NCBI GenBank assembly: GCA_963721455.1
Contig: CAVRJG010000066.1
Span: forward strand, 1-57,637
Direction: 5' to 3'
Length of the DNA stretch: 57,637 bases
Source of the DNA: an uncultured Methanosarcinaceae archaeon
Lineage (GTDB): Archaea > Halobacteriota > Methanosarcinia > Methanosarcinales > Methanosarcinaceae
The position numbers and the translations under genes were made by a program. Positions 20,064-32,695 of this stretch are shown here, one piece after another. The notes beneath the pieces were generated by a model. That model did not search any database. It was not told where the DNA came from and saw nothing but the letters and a program-made list of their open reading frames with translations. Position 1 is the first letter of the stretch, and every line of letters begins with the position of its first letter.

Positions 20064-20291
20064 ATGGCTTATCAACAGAAAGGCATTGAAAGAGTTTTTG
20101 TTTTTACCGGTGGAGACGCCTCCTGTCCTGAATGCCAGAAACTTTCCGGCAGAGTGTACACAATTGATGAAGCTCTGAGAGAAAAGCCCATTACCTGCAA
20201 GGCATACAGTCATCAGTTGCATGAGGGCAGGGCAGGGCGGGTTGGTGCAGGTGCCAATATATGCCTCAACACTGAACTGTTAACTTATTGA
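20064..20291 (+). pseudogene. Fragment of a Cys-rich hypothetical protein (phage minor-head/Mu F-like CxxC...CRC pattern)
   Basis: SCPECQKLSGRVY, with an out-of-frame WCRCQY after a GCAGG duplication. Confidence 0.4.
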
Positions 20292-20378
20292 GACTTTTTG
20301 TGCAGGAAGCTTAAAAAATAACAATTTACTGATTGAAAATAATAACCGCTTTATACATAGTGCCTGTATTCTAAGATC

Positions 20379-20951
20379 ATGAAACTTGAGGGGCGTCTAG
20401 AAATCTTTAAAGAAAAGATTAAAACAACAGATTTTCTGGACTGCAAGGGATTGGGAAACGAGATTCCATACTGGATATTTGATTATGAATCGGAGAAAGA
20501 GCTCCTTGTTAGGGATACAATTGAAAAGATGATCTCAAGCTTTGAGAGCAAACACTCGATTAAGATAGTTGAGATAAATCTGTACAATCTGTGTCTCAAA
20601 ATCCTGAATCAGAAGCTTACTGATGAAAAAATAATTCAGTTTGAAAAGAAAAAAGGTTCAGATGCCTTGCTTGAGAAGATCAGATTAATTCTGAATCAAG
20701 AAGCCACAAAAAAAGAGATTACCGAGATACTTAAAGTTGATTACGACCTGATTTTTCTGACAGGGGTGGGAAATGCATGGCCAATGACCAGAGCTCATTC
20801 TGTCCTTAACAATCTTCATTCTGTTACAGGCAAAAAGCCGCTTGTGATGTTTTATCCAGGAAAGTTCAGTGGGCTTGACCTGAGCTTATTTGGCGAATTT
20901 AAAAGCAAGAACTACTACAGAGCTTTCCGCTTGATGCCAGAAGCAATGTAA
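20379..20951 (+). CDS. brxB: BREX protein BrxB (DUF1788)
   Basis: GLGNEIPYWIFDY, LTGVG, MFYPG and NYYRAF motifs; TTTATA ~25 bp upstream suggests a leaderless transcript. Confidence 0.9.
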   Translation: MKLEGRLEIFKEKIKTTDFLDCKGLGNEIPYWIFDYESEKELLVRDTIEKMISSFESKHSIKIVEINLYNLCLKILNQKLTDEKIIQFEKKKGSDALLEKIRLILNQEATKKEITEILKVDYDLIFLTGVGNAWPMTRAHSVLNNLHSVTGKKPLVMFYPGKFSGLDLSLFGEFKSKNYYRAFRLMPEAM

Positions 20952-21096
20952 TTTAAGAAAGTTGCCCCGGATTCTTTTTGAGGGGAAGTTTCAGGCTGAA
21001 GGGAAATTTTAAGCTTTCAGGCCACACTCTTAATTATCTTAAATTTTATTCACATTGGAATTCTATTCAGACTGATATCTACTCAGAGTGCTAAAC

Positions 21097-24000
21097 ATGA
21101 CTGCCACAGAAATAAAAATAGAAGATTTATTTGAGAAAGATATCCGAAGGGATATCAACGGGGTAATAAAGGTTGATCAGGAAGACGAGAGAAGCGTCTA
21201 TACTGAACTTGATGAGTATGTGGTGACAGGCGAGTCTCTAAAGCATTTTGATACATTCTTCAGGAATTATACTGCGACACTGGAAGAGCCCACAGATAAA
21301 ATAGGGGTCTGGATCTCAGGGTTCTTCGGTTCTGGAAAATCACATTTCCTCAAAATTCTATCGTATTTACTGGCAAATAGAGCGGTTAAGGGGAAGACAG
21401 CACTCGAGTTTTTCAGGGAAAAAATAACAGACCCCGCGATTTTTGCCAATATTGAGAAAGCCGTTACTACAGGCACTAAAGACGTTATTCTTTTTAATAT
21501 TGATTCCAAAGCAAACACTGCAAACAAGGGCGACGAGCAGATTGTAAACATCTTCATGAGGGCTTTCAATGATATGCGCGGGTATATGGGAGACGTTTTC
21601 TGGATCGCAGACCTTGAAGAACAGCTTGAGGAAAAAGGACTCTATGAGCCTTTCAAAACCGAGTTTAAGCGTATAAATGGAGAAACCTGGGAAGAAAGAC
21701 GAGTCGCCTACGGTTTTGAGCAGGACGATATTATAGAAGCCCTTGCAAGCTGCCGCTCGATGAGCAGGGAGGCTGCTTCAAGGCTGTTTGAAAGCGATGG
21801 GGCTAGCTATACTTTCAGCGTTGAGAAATTTGCAAATAAGCTCGACAAGTACTGCAAATCGAAAGGAAAAGCCCACCAGATCATTTTCCTTGTGGATGAA
21901 GTGGGGCAGTATATAGGAGAAAACAGCGAGCTTATGCTCAACCTCCAGACCATTGTTGAAGATTTGGGGACCAGGCTTCAGGGAAAAGCCTGGGTTGCAG
22001 TGACTTCACAGGCTGATATTGATACTGTTACGAAGGAACACGTAAAAGGCAATGATTTTTCCAAGATCCAGGGACGGTTTAATACCCGGCTGGGACTTAC
22101 CAGTGCCAACGTGGACGAGGTCATCAAGAAAAGGATCCTGCATAAGAAGGAGGAATACAGGGAAGTCCTTGCTTCATACTATGCTGAAAAACAGACAATA
22201 CTCAGGAACCTGCTTGCGTTTTCAAACCGGGCTGAAATAAAGGTCTACAAGAATGAAGAGGACTTTGTAAACGTATATCCTTTTGTCCCCTACCAGTTCA
22301 ATCTTGCGCAGAAGGTCTTTGAAAAAATAAGAGAAACCGGGTTTACTGGCAAGCACCTGGCAAAAGGAGAAAGGTCGCTCCTTGGTGCTTTTAAGGAGTC
22401 GACGGTGAACTACGGTGAGAATAATGTGGGGCTGCTGATTCCTTTCCATGCTTTTTATGAGACTATTGCAGGTTTCCTTGACCCGATTATTGCAAAGACG
22501 ATCTCTCACGCCCGGAAAAATGATTTCCTTAATGAAAAAGACTGTGAACTTCTGGAAATCCTGTTTATGATCAGGAATATTAAGGAAATTGAGCCAAACC
22601 TCGATAACCTGATAGTGCTCTCCATCTCCTCGGTTGACGAAGATAAGATAAAACTGAAACAGAGAATCATTGAATCCCTGCGAAAACTCGAAGACCAGAC
22701 CCTGATAAACAAGTCCGAAGACAAGTATTATTTCCTGACAAATGAGGAGCAAGATATCAATAGAGAGATCAAAGGGATAGATATCGAAGAGCACCAGATC
22801 CTTGAAGAAATCCATGGGATGCTCTACGAGCAAAAACAGGGAATTTGTCCGGCTTCCCATAAGGATTACAAATTTAACAAAGCGATTGACGACAGGGTAA
22901 AGGCTGTTTTAGGTGCAGACCTTACAATCAAGTTCCTGACCCCTCTTTCAGACCAGTATAATAGTAAAAAAGGCAACCAGCAGTCCCTGAGCGGCGACAG
23001 TTTAAGCAATATCGATTCAGCGGACACTCTTCTTTTCGTACTTCCGGAAGACGATTTAATCGATCAGATCAGGTCCTACCTGAGAATAGAGAAATACCTC
23101 AAGCAGAACTCTTCAAACCGGAACAATGTGGAAATCCAGAATATTCTGTCCACAAAACAGCAGAATGCCGTAAGCGCAAGAGCAAACGCAGCAGAGCTAA
23201 TCCTGAAAGGAGTTTCGGATTCGAGGGTATTTGTTGATAACAAGGAAGTAACACCTGGAAAATCCAGCCCGAAAGAGCGCATAAAAGAAGGGCTTGATCT
23301 CCTTATAGAGAACGTCTACAACAAAGCCGGATATGTCACAAAGGATTACGAAACCGAGAGTGATGTGCTCAGAGTCCTGCGCTCGGACGACCTTGAGAAG
23401 TTCGGGGTTACAGGCAGCGACATAAACAGGCTGGCCTTAAAAGAGGTGCTTGACTACATCCAGCTAAAGTACGGAAGAGGCGGAAGGGTTCTGTTAAGCG
23501 ACTTAAAGGATCGTTTCACGAAAAAGCCCTACGGCTGGAAAGATATGACGATTTCAGGGCTTGTGGCTATTCTTTACCTCAGGGAAGATATCAAGCTTCG
23601 CTACCAGTCCGAATACCTGTTCAATGCCGCGGATGCTACGGCAAAGCACCTGACAAGAAGAGATGAAGCTGACAAACTGGTCATAGAAATCAGGGAAAAG
23701 ACCGGAGAAGAAGACCTTAAAGCTGTCAGGCTGGTCCTCAACAGACCTTTTTGACAAACTGGATCTGCCAGAAAAAGAGGGAGAGCTTTACGAAGAGGTA
23801 AAGAGACATATTCCGGGAAGAACTTTCAGGCCTGCAAAAAATCGAAGGCAGGTATGAGGAAGAAAAGAGCTTCCCAGGCAGAACTCAGATAGAAGCCTAT
23901 AGGAAATTCCTGAAGGAACTGACAGAGAACTCTGACCCCTCAGCCTTTTTCAGAGCCATTGCCTCCCGAAAAGCCGAGTTTGAAGAGCTTCACGCTGATG

Positions 24001-24770
24001 CAGAGCCTGTGAAAAACTTTTTTGAAGGTTCCCAGGTTGACATCTTCCGGAGGCTTGCCCGCAAGTACAAGGCTTACTGCAGAAACACCCAGTTCCTCGG
24101 GGAAGAAACAAAAGCAGCTATTGAAGAGGTCAATGCAATCCTGAGCCTGGAAAAGCCTTACTCCCAGGTCCGCCAGCTTCCCATGCTGGAGAAGAAGATA
24201 GAAGCTTCAATTCAGGAGGCCCTTTCTGGCCAGAAGAAAGAGGTAAGAGAAAGCCTTGATACGGTTACAAAAGAGCTTGGGAAGGACCTATCAGACGAAA
24301 AGTTTTCGGACGATTTCAGGGAAACAGTGCTTGGGCTCTTCAATGTGATCGAAAGGACCGTAGAAGAAGCTGAGGACTGCGCTCTTGTCCAGAGCCAGCT
24401 CCCGATGATAAATTCTCTCCGGGTAGAGGCTTACAGACAGATAGATAAAGAGAGCCAGACCATCCGGGAAGAAGAACAGAAAAAGAGCTGGATAATCCGG
24501 GATGAGCAACAGAAACTAGCCTCTGAGAAAAGCACTACGTCCCCGGATAATCCGGAAACTCCGGAAACAAAACCTGCAGATCGGGAAAAAGAAGCAGAAA
24601 CAAAACCGGTTCCTCCGGCAGTTCCTCAGAGAACTACCGAAGTTATTAGCAATATATCATTTTTCAAACCCGGTAAAATGCTGGAAACCGAAGCAGATCT
24701 CGAGGAATATATTACACATCTCAGAGAGAAGCTGTTGAAAATTCTCGAAAAGAAGAACATAAGGGTGTAA
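21097..24770 (+). CDS. brxC: BREX P-loop ATPase BrxC (two +1 frameshifts at ~23740-23810)
   Basis: WISGFFGSGKSH Walker A, FLVDEVGQ Walker B, YPFVPYQF, PYGW; the C-terminal ORF 24009-24770 continues the protein. Confidence 0.9.
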
Positions 24771-24823
24771 ATTACACCCTGTCCTGGCATTTGTTTCTAT
24801 GAAAACCTGTGTTCTTTTGGATT

Positions 24824-27168
24824 TCAGAGCTCTTTTTCGGGCTCCTCATCTTCTTTTACAAAATCATCTGGTCCGCACATTTTTGCCAGTCTTTCCTTTA
24901 GTTCGTCAGCTTTTGCAGCGTATTCTTCCGCATCTTCTTTTCTGTCCAGGCTCGTGAGTAACTTTGAGTATTTTGTAAATGTTACTACCGCCCCACCCAT
25001 GTATAAGAAATTTTCAGGTTCTTCATCAAGCAGTTTTGCGTTTATGGGTATACTTTTTTCAAAGGCCTCTTTTGATTTATCATACTCGCCGGCCAGATGA
25101 TACGCAATGCCTAGCTGGGTCTGTAAAACACTCATAATTGACTGGTATTCAAGGTTATCGGGGTCAGACTCAAGATGTGTATTCAGGACCGGGAAGACTG
25201 ATTCGTAGATTGGGATGGCTACATCGTAATTTCCCAGGGATTCATGTAAAATCCCGCTAAGGATCCGAATTTCACAGATGGCTTTCCAGTGATCCGGTTT
25301 TTCAGGAGCTTTTTCGTATAAGTCCTCATAGAAATCGCGGGCAATGGCCAGGTATTCTTTCGCAAGACCTTGCTTTTTTTCATGGATGAACACAGTTGCC
25401 TGCTTCTGAAGTTCCATAGCCAGCAGTTCTTTCAGGAGAGCTTCTTCGTTTTCATCTTGCAGGATCTGCCTGAAAACATCGGCGGATTTTGAATACTGCT
25501 GTTTTGCAAGTTCCGGTTTTTCTGCTTTTTCAAAAAGCAGCCCCAGTTCTTTGTAGGAAAGGGCGAGTTCTTTTTTGTAATCCAGGTCTTCGGGGTTTTC
25601 GCTGGCAATCCGGAGGCTTATTTCTGTAATGCGCTCACGGTGCAGGATTGCGCTTTCATATTGTTTTTGCCTGACAGCGAAGGATTCAAGGTCCTTCAGG
25701 GTACAGATGAGATCTTCCCTGTAAATGTCACTTTCCGGGAACATTTGCACCACTTTTTCGATTATTCCGAGAGCTTTTTCATAGTATTTTAGAGCGGTTT
25801 CGGGCTCAAGGTCCGCATACATTCTCCCTATGTAATCCAGGGTATTTGAGATACCAACTTCGTGGTCAATATCTTCGGGATTGGATGCAAACAGTTTTTC
25901 ATAGGCTTCAAGGCCCTGTTCATAGTACTGTTTTGCAGTTTCCGTTTCCCCCTGTCCTGCATAGAGGTGTCCGAGCTGGTCGAGGGTGGCGGCTATATTT
26001 GCTTCACTTACCTCGTCTTCAGGGTCTCTTTCGTGAATATTTCTGTAGATTTCGATTTCCTGCATACGGCACTCTTTTGCACGCTCTATGTCCCCTATAT
26101 CTCCAAAGAGATCCCCAAGCTCGGTAAAGTAGTCGGAAATTTCATACTGATAGAGCAGGTCCTCCGGGTTTTTCCCTGGCCAATTCTTTGAGAATTCCAA
26201 GGGCTTTTTCAGCGTATTGAGCCGCTTTTTCAGTTTCTTCGTTTTCATACAAGGTTCTGCAGAGCGTCTGGAAAATTTCGCTCTGCTTCTGGAGGTAAGG
26301 AATATTCCCAGGCTGTGCCCGGAGTTTTTCGTTCAGTAAGTCGAGGGCCCGCAGGTAGGTTTCTTCAGTTTTCTCGATGTTTCCAAGTTTTTCGTAAAGA
26401 TCCCCGGAGACTTCGTATAAGGAAAGAAGATGAGAAAAGACAATCATGTTGCCGGGTTCTTTTTTGAGGATTTTTTTATAGGTTTCTTCTATCTGCCCAA
26501 AGACCCTGTTTGCGTCCTCGAAGTTCCTGAATAACAGACAATAATCTTTAAATTGTTCAGTCAGCAACTGCAGGTTATTAAATAATTCCAGGTTTCCGGA
26601 AATCAGTTCAAATAATTTCCCATAATTTTGCACGATTCTTTCGACAAGTTCGGGCTCAGCTTCAAGCTTCTGTGCCCTCAGGTGATAAGTCCTTACATTT
26701 TCCAAAAATTTCAAGTAATTATGTATGTACTCCGGGTTGTCCGGGACCCGGGCAATGAGATCGTCATAAGCGGCAAAAATTTTATCGAAATATTTTTTAT
26801 TCCTGTAAAAGTACTCCTCCATTTTTGAAACACTGTCAATTTCGGAGAGGGCCTTTACAGTAAAACCAAATGAATTGTAGATATAGTACTGATGTACAGG
26901 TTCTTCCGGGGCATCAAGGAAGAGAGGCACGGCAAGTCCCATCATCCTCTGGAATTCCTCCAGGGCTTCTTCATTCCTTTGCTCGGCAAGCAAAGCTCTC
27001 CCCCTCAACATAAGGATCGAGCACAGGTAGTCCGGCCTCTTTGACTTTTCAGAAAGCTTTTCGGCTTTTGCAAGGTTTTCAAGCGCCTTTTTAGCTTTCC
27101 CCGTATTAATTTGCACCAGAGCATTTTCAATAACTCCGATGTATTGTATCTGCAAGCTGCTTGGACAT
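24824..27168 (-). CDS. Large TPR-repeat protein, antisense inside the BREX locus (frameshift in an A-run at ~26170)
   Basis: ORFs 26142-27155 and 24824-26248 join as ELARENPEDLLYQ after removing one A; many TPR helices (LG..Y...G..E.A...Y..AL). Confidence 0.8.
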
Positions 27169-27473
27169 AGAAGTAAATTACAATTCAGGTAATAAAAGAT
27201 ATCGTCAGCTCATGGGCTGAAAAAGCCTTTGTTCTTATCCGGACGAAGCAACCTTAGCCCCTACATTATTAATCCCCACACACCTTTTTTGAGAGGTTTT
27301 TCAGGTAACGGCACTCTCACCGGCTGCGAAGCAGACGGCCTTTCCCGAAAGATGCCATTTGAAAATTGAATTCAAAAACAGCAGCATTTTGAGTTTGAAG
27401 CCCAATCATAGAAAGCCTGCCAATTTCACTGATGGACACGGGCAAACAGGATTGTATCCATCTGTGTAATCCG

Positions 27474-27510
27474 CACACTCGATAGGTTCACTCGATAGGT
27501 TCACTCGATA
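27474..27510 (+). repeat. 13-bp tandem repeat CACTCGATAGGTT x~3
   Basis: Seen directly between the TPR gene and pglX. Confidence 0.7.
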
Positions 27511-27629
27511 TCATCAGAGAACCGATGCACCAGAACCTACCTAAACTCAAAAAACTTATAAACCCATCAAATATTATTAGTCACATAAATTTATCAACCA
27601 GTTAAAAAATGAAATCGGGTTCTTGAAAC

Positions 27630-30600
27630 ATGGACAAATCAAAAGTTATCGAATTCTCTAACAAGGTTCGGGACAAGTTAAACTGCAGAAGTAAGAAGCC
27701 AGGCAGCCCACTACGGAATCTTTCCCAAAGAAATCCACGCCGTAGAAGAGCATGCTGACTCGGTTGTGATCAACGGCAGCGTCTTCAATTCAAGAATCAA
27801 AAACCAGCGCTCTCAGCTTGTAAAACAGATCAAGGAGAAAAGCTACGAACAGGTCATGGAAGAAGTGACCTATACCTGGTTCAACCGCCTTGTGGCCCTC
27901 AAGTTCATGGAGATGAACGGCTGCCTTCCGGACCAGATCAAAGTCTTCACTTCAACTGACCCTAATAAATCCGAACCCGACCTCCTCACAAACGCCCTTA
28001 AACTTGACTTTCTGAACCTTGACCGGAACTTAGTCCTCGATTTCAAAGCCGAAAACAAAGACGAAGAGCTCTACAAATACCTGATTCTCAAACTCTGCAA
28101 TTACCTGAACAAAATAATGCCCTTCCTCTTTGAGGAAATCGAAAACTACACCGAACTCCTTTTCCCTGAAAAGCTCCTCCATACAGGCTCTGTCCTGCAT
28201 GACCTGAATTCAATTATCCCGGATGAGGACTGGCAAGAAGTTGAAATCATAGGCTGGATCTACCAGGACTATATTGCCCCAAAGAAGGACAAAGTCTTTG
28301 CCGACCTGAAGAAGAACATCAAGATCAGCAAGGAAAATATCCCTGCAGTTACTCAGCTTTTCACTCCTCACTGGATTGTCCGCTACCTTGTGGAAAACTC
28401 CCTGGGCCGCCTGTGGATGCTCAACCGCCCGGAATCCAGCCTTGTTGACCGGATGGAGTATTACATAAAACCGGAACAGCAGGAAACCGATTTTCTGAAA
28501 ATCAATTCTCCTGAAGAGCTCAAGATCTGCGACCCTGCCTGCGGTTCGGGGCACATGCTTGTTTATGCTTTTGACCTGCTGTATGCGATTTACGAAGAGG
28601 AAGGCTACACTCCCTCCGAGATTCCGGAAATGATCCTGACCCACAACCTTTTCGGGATCGAGATCGATAAGCGTGCAGGGGAACTTGCAGGCTTTGCGCT
28701 GACCATGAAGGCAAGGGGCAAAGACCGCCACTTTTTCAAAAAGCAGGTTCAGCCCAATATCTGCATGCTGGAAAATGTCGCTTTTGAGCAAGGAGAACTC
28801 AATGCTTACATAGATGCAGTCGGAAGTGACCTTTTCACCAACGCCCATAGAGCCACTCTGCTCCAGTTCGCCGAGGCTGATAATTTCGGTTCTCTTATCC
28901 GTCCGGCTGCAAAGGATGTATCTGACCTCTTACACCTGCTGGAATCAAAAAACCTTTCCGGAAACCTTCTCCCACCTTGCAACTCATCAGAACGTCCTGA
29001 AGGCTCTGAAGCAGGCGGATTACCTCAGCCCGAAATACCATGTGGTCATTGCCAATCCGCCATATATGGGCGGTAAAGGGATGAACAACAGGCTGAAAAC
29101 ATTTCCTTCAGGATAACTATGCTGATAGTGAAATCCGACCTTTTTTCAGTCTTTATTGATCGTAATACTTGACCTTGCATTGCCAAAAGGTCAGTTGGAT
29201 TGATGACTCCTTCAGTTGGATGTTCCTTTCGTCCTATGAAAATCTTCGTAAAAGCATCTTGATCAACGAGAAACTATTACCTATCTATGGCTCATCTTGA
29301 GTATCAGGCTTTTGACAGCATAGGTGGCGATGTGCGTTTCAACTATTGAGAATGTTATTATCGCAGAGTTTCAAAGGTGGAATGTAAAGACTCTCTGCGA
29401 TTTTCGATGGAGCAGATAAAGCAGATAAAGAACACTAGAAGCTATCAAAAATCCCAAATGTGGCTGGTTCTTCCGCGCCTCCGCCGCCGACTTCAAGAAA
29501 ATTCCTGGAAGTCCGATTGCTTATTGGGTCAGTGAAAGGGTTAGAGAAATTTTTGAGAATAAGTAGCTGTTCAAGATTAGCTGAGATTAAGACAGGATTA
29601 TCAACAGGAGACAATGATATGTTTTTAAGATATCTGGCATGAAGTATACTTTATAAAAAATGGATTTATATGCATAGAACTCTGAGGCAATGCTGAACAG
29701 TAATGCAGTTGGTTTCCCTACAATAAAGGGGGTAGATTTTAGAAAATGGTATGGAAATAATGAGTTTGTTAGTTAATTGGTGAAAATGATGGTGAATTAA
29801 GAATATATGCGATGAGACCTGAGACAACAGAAATAGTTCGATATACTTATAATCAGGTGGATTATGCTTTCAGAAAGTTTACTATTCATGGCATATGTCA
29901 CGTAGGTATATTGCTCTCAAGTCATTTTCTCTAACAGGATAACATGTTTGATAGCAACTGGGACCAATGCAATTTCAAAAGAAATAAATCAAATATATTG
30001 CATTAACTTAAATAATAATTTGCAAATCACTAAGTTTGAAGATGTAATCCTACTTTACACTTCCAATTGGAGATATTTTCAAGTTGCCATTAGTAATGAA
30101 TGAACTGTTCTATACTCATAGATAGTAAGAAAATTGCGAAACAAATTATCAACATCTCAAATTCGACTGGGACTCCTACGAAACCTCTTGGGATTTCACC
30201 ACCCTCCCTCTCCTACAATCAGAATACCGCCAACCAACCTTGAATGAAACTTACACAAAACTCCGTGCCCACTGGAAAGAAATGACTCTTGAAATGCAGC
30301 GGCTGGAGGAAGAGAATAACCGCATTTTCATCGAAGCCTACGGCTTGCAGGATGAATTAACTCCAGAGGTTCCACTTTCTGAAATCACACTGACCTGCAA
30401 CCCATATTATCGCTACGCTAACAACAAAACCGAAGAAGAACTGGAAGCTCTACTGCTGACTGATACCATTAAAGAGTTAATTTCTTACGCTGTCGGCTGC
30501 ATGTTCGGAAGATATTCGCCGGAAAAGGAAGGGCTGATTCTTGCAAATCAGGGAGAAAAGCTGGCTGATTTTAAAGAAAAAGTACCTGGAGCTTCTTTCC

Positions 30601-31184
30601 TGCCGGATGAAGATAATATCATCCCGATTCTTGATGACGAATATTACACGGATGATATCGTAAACCGGTTCAAGGAGTTTTTGAAGTTTACTTTTGGAGC
30701 GGAGACGCTTTCTGAAAACCTGGACTTTATTGCAGGGGCGCTTTCGAAGAAAGGAGAAGCTCCTGAAAAGGTTATCCGGAACTATTTCCTGAAGGATTTC
30801 TACAGCGATCACCTGAAAATGTATAAGAAAAGGCCGATTTACTGGCTCTTTACTTCTTCAGAAAAAGGAAAAGTGTTCAATGCGCTCGTTTACATGCACA
30901 GGTACGATAAAACTACCCTGGCGAAGATGAGAATCGATTATCTGCTGGACTTTGAGTCGAAGCTGGATGCTCAGAGGCCACTTCTGGAAAAAGAGATTTC
31001 CGGAAGTACGGAGAATAGGGTAAAAGCCGAGGCTGAGCTTGCGAAGCTGAGAAAGAAGATTGATGAGCTCGTGAAATACGATGAACTTCTTCAGCATAAA
31101 GCGGATCAGTTGATTGAGATTGATCTGGATGATGGGGTTGTGGAGAATTATAAGAAGTTTGAAGGGTTGGTTGGGAAGATATGA
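27630..31184 (+). CDS. pglX: BREX-1 adenine methyltransferase PglX (frameshifted; central region scrambled)
   Basis: [39 protein letters not shown] and IDLDDGV motifs spread over several frames. Confidence 0.88.
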
Positions 31185-32560
31185 ACCTCCAATCCCTTAT
31201 CAAATCCGGCGAATCCGAAACCCTTGAATTCAAGGAGAAATTCGATGACAGAACCGTAGAATCAGCTGTGGCTTTTGCCAACGCAAAAGGCGGTATGATC
31301 CTTATAGGGGTTTCTGATAAAGGGGCCGTCACCGGAGTAGATATCGGAAAAGAAACTCTGGCTAAATGGGCAAACCAGGTCTCAGACAAAACCGAGCCAC
31401 AGCTTATTCCTGAAATCGAGGTGCTTGAATTTGAGGGGAAGAAGGTTGTAGCGGTAAAGGTCCCTGAGTATCCTATAAAACCTGTGTCCGTCCGGGGCAG
31501 GTGTTTCAAGCGGGTAAATAACAGCAACCGGAGTATGAATGCGCAGGAAATTGCGGAGATGCACCTGCAGTCTACGGGTATGAGCTGGGATAGGTTTCCG
31601 GCGGCTGGAAAGTCTCTTGAAGACCTTGATCTTGAAAAGGTCAGGAGATATATCCGAAAGGCAAAGGTTTCCGGAAGGAAAGGGTTTGGAGAAGAGGAAA
31701 ACCCTGTTCAGGTGCTCGAAAAGATGGAGCTTGTAAAGGATGGAAAGCCTACCTGGGCTGCAGGGCTCTTGTTCTGCAAGGAGGGAAGGCGTTTTCTTTT
31801 TCCCAGGCTGTAATCCACTGCGGGCGGTTTAAGAACCAAACTCTTGTAATTGACGACCGTCTGATTGAAGGTACGCTCTTTGAACAGGTCGAAGAAGCCA
31901 TGGATTTTGTCAGGAAAAATACCAGCGTAAAATTCGTAATGACTGGAAAGCCTGAGAGGGAAGAGGTCTGGGACTATCCGTTAGAAGCCATCAGGGAAGC
32001 GGTTGTAAATGCTGTTTGCCACAGGGACTACACAGCTCTGGCTCATATTCGAGATCCGGATCTACGAGGACGAACTGATTGTATGGAGTCCTGGAGGGCT
32101 GCCTCTGGGCCTTACAATGGAAGACCTTTTAAAACCTCATGCCTCGAAATTGAGGAACAAAGGAATAGCAGAAGTCTTCTTTGATACCAGAATAATCGAG
32201 CAGTGGGGCAGCGGCATTGAAAAGATGATAAGTTACTGCAGGGAAGCAGGGGTTCCGGAGCCAGTTTTTGAAGAGTACCAGGGCTTCAGAGTGGTCTTCA
32301 GAAAAGGGATTTTCAATGACGAATATCTCAGAGGGCTTGGGCTAAATGAGAGGCAGATCAGGGCTGTGCTCTATGTAAAAGAGAAGGGAAAGATTACCAA
32401 TAAAGAATATCAGGAAATATCCAATACAATTAAGAGAACGGCTTCCCGGGATCTGGCAGAGTTAGTATCTTTGAAAATATTCGAACAGATAGGCACTACT
32501 GGGAAAGGAACAGAATATGTTTTGTCTGGAGCTAAAGGCGAAAAGAGATATGCCATTTAA
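31181..32560 (+). CDS. Schlafen/AlbA_2 + ATP-binding (HATPase_c_4) + wHTH protein ('RecG-related'), frameshifted
   Basis: [36 protein letters not shown] and a C-terminal HTH (TASRDL); ATGA overlap with the pglX stop. Confidence 0.85.
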
Positions 32561-32602
32561 AGGGGACAATGGGGACATAAAGGGGACATAAAGGGGACAA
32601 AG
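32558..32602 (+). repeat. 11-bp tandem repeat AAAGGGGACAT x~4
   Basis: Seen directly at the end of the Schlafen-domain gene. Confidence 0.7.
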
Positions 32603-32695
32603 GCCATAATTATGCCAGAGAACCTGCAAAGCTGCCAGAGAAATTGACAATCTGAGAAAATATATGAGAAGATAATAGTAGGACATGGGATTTTC

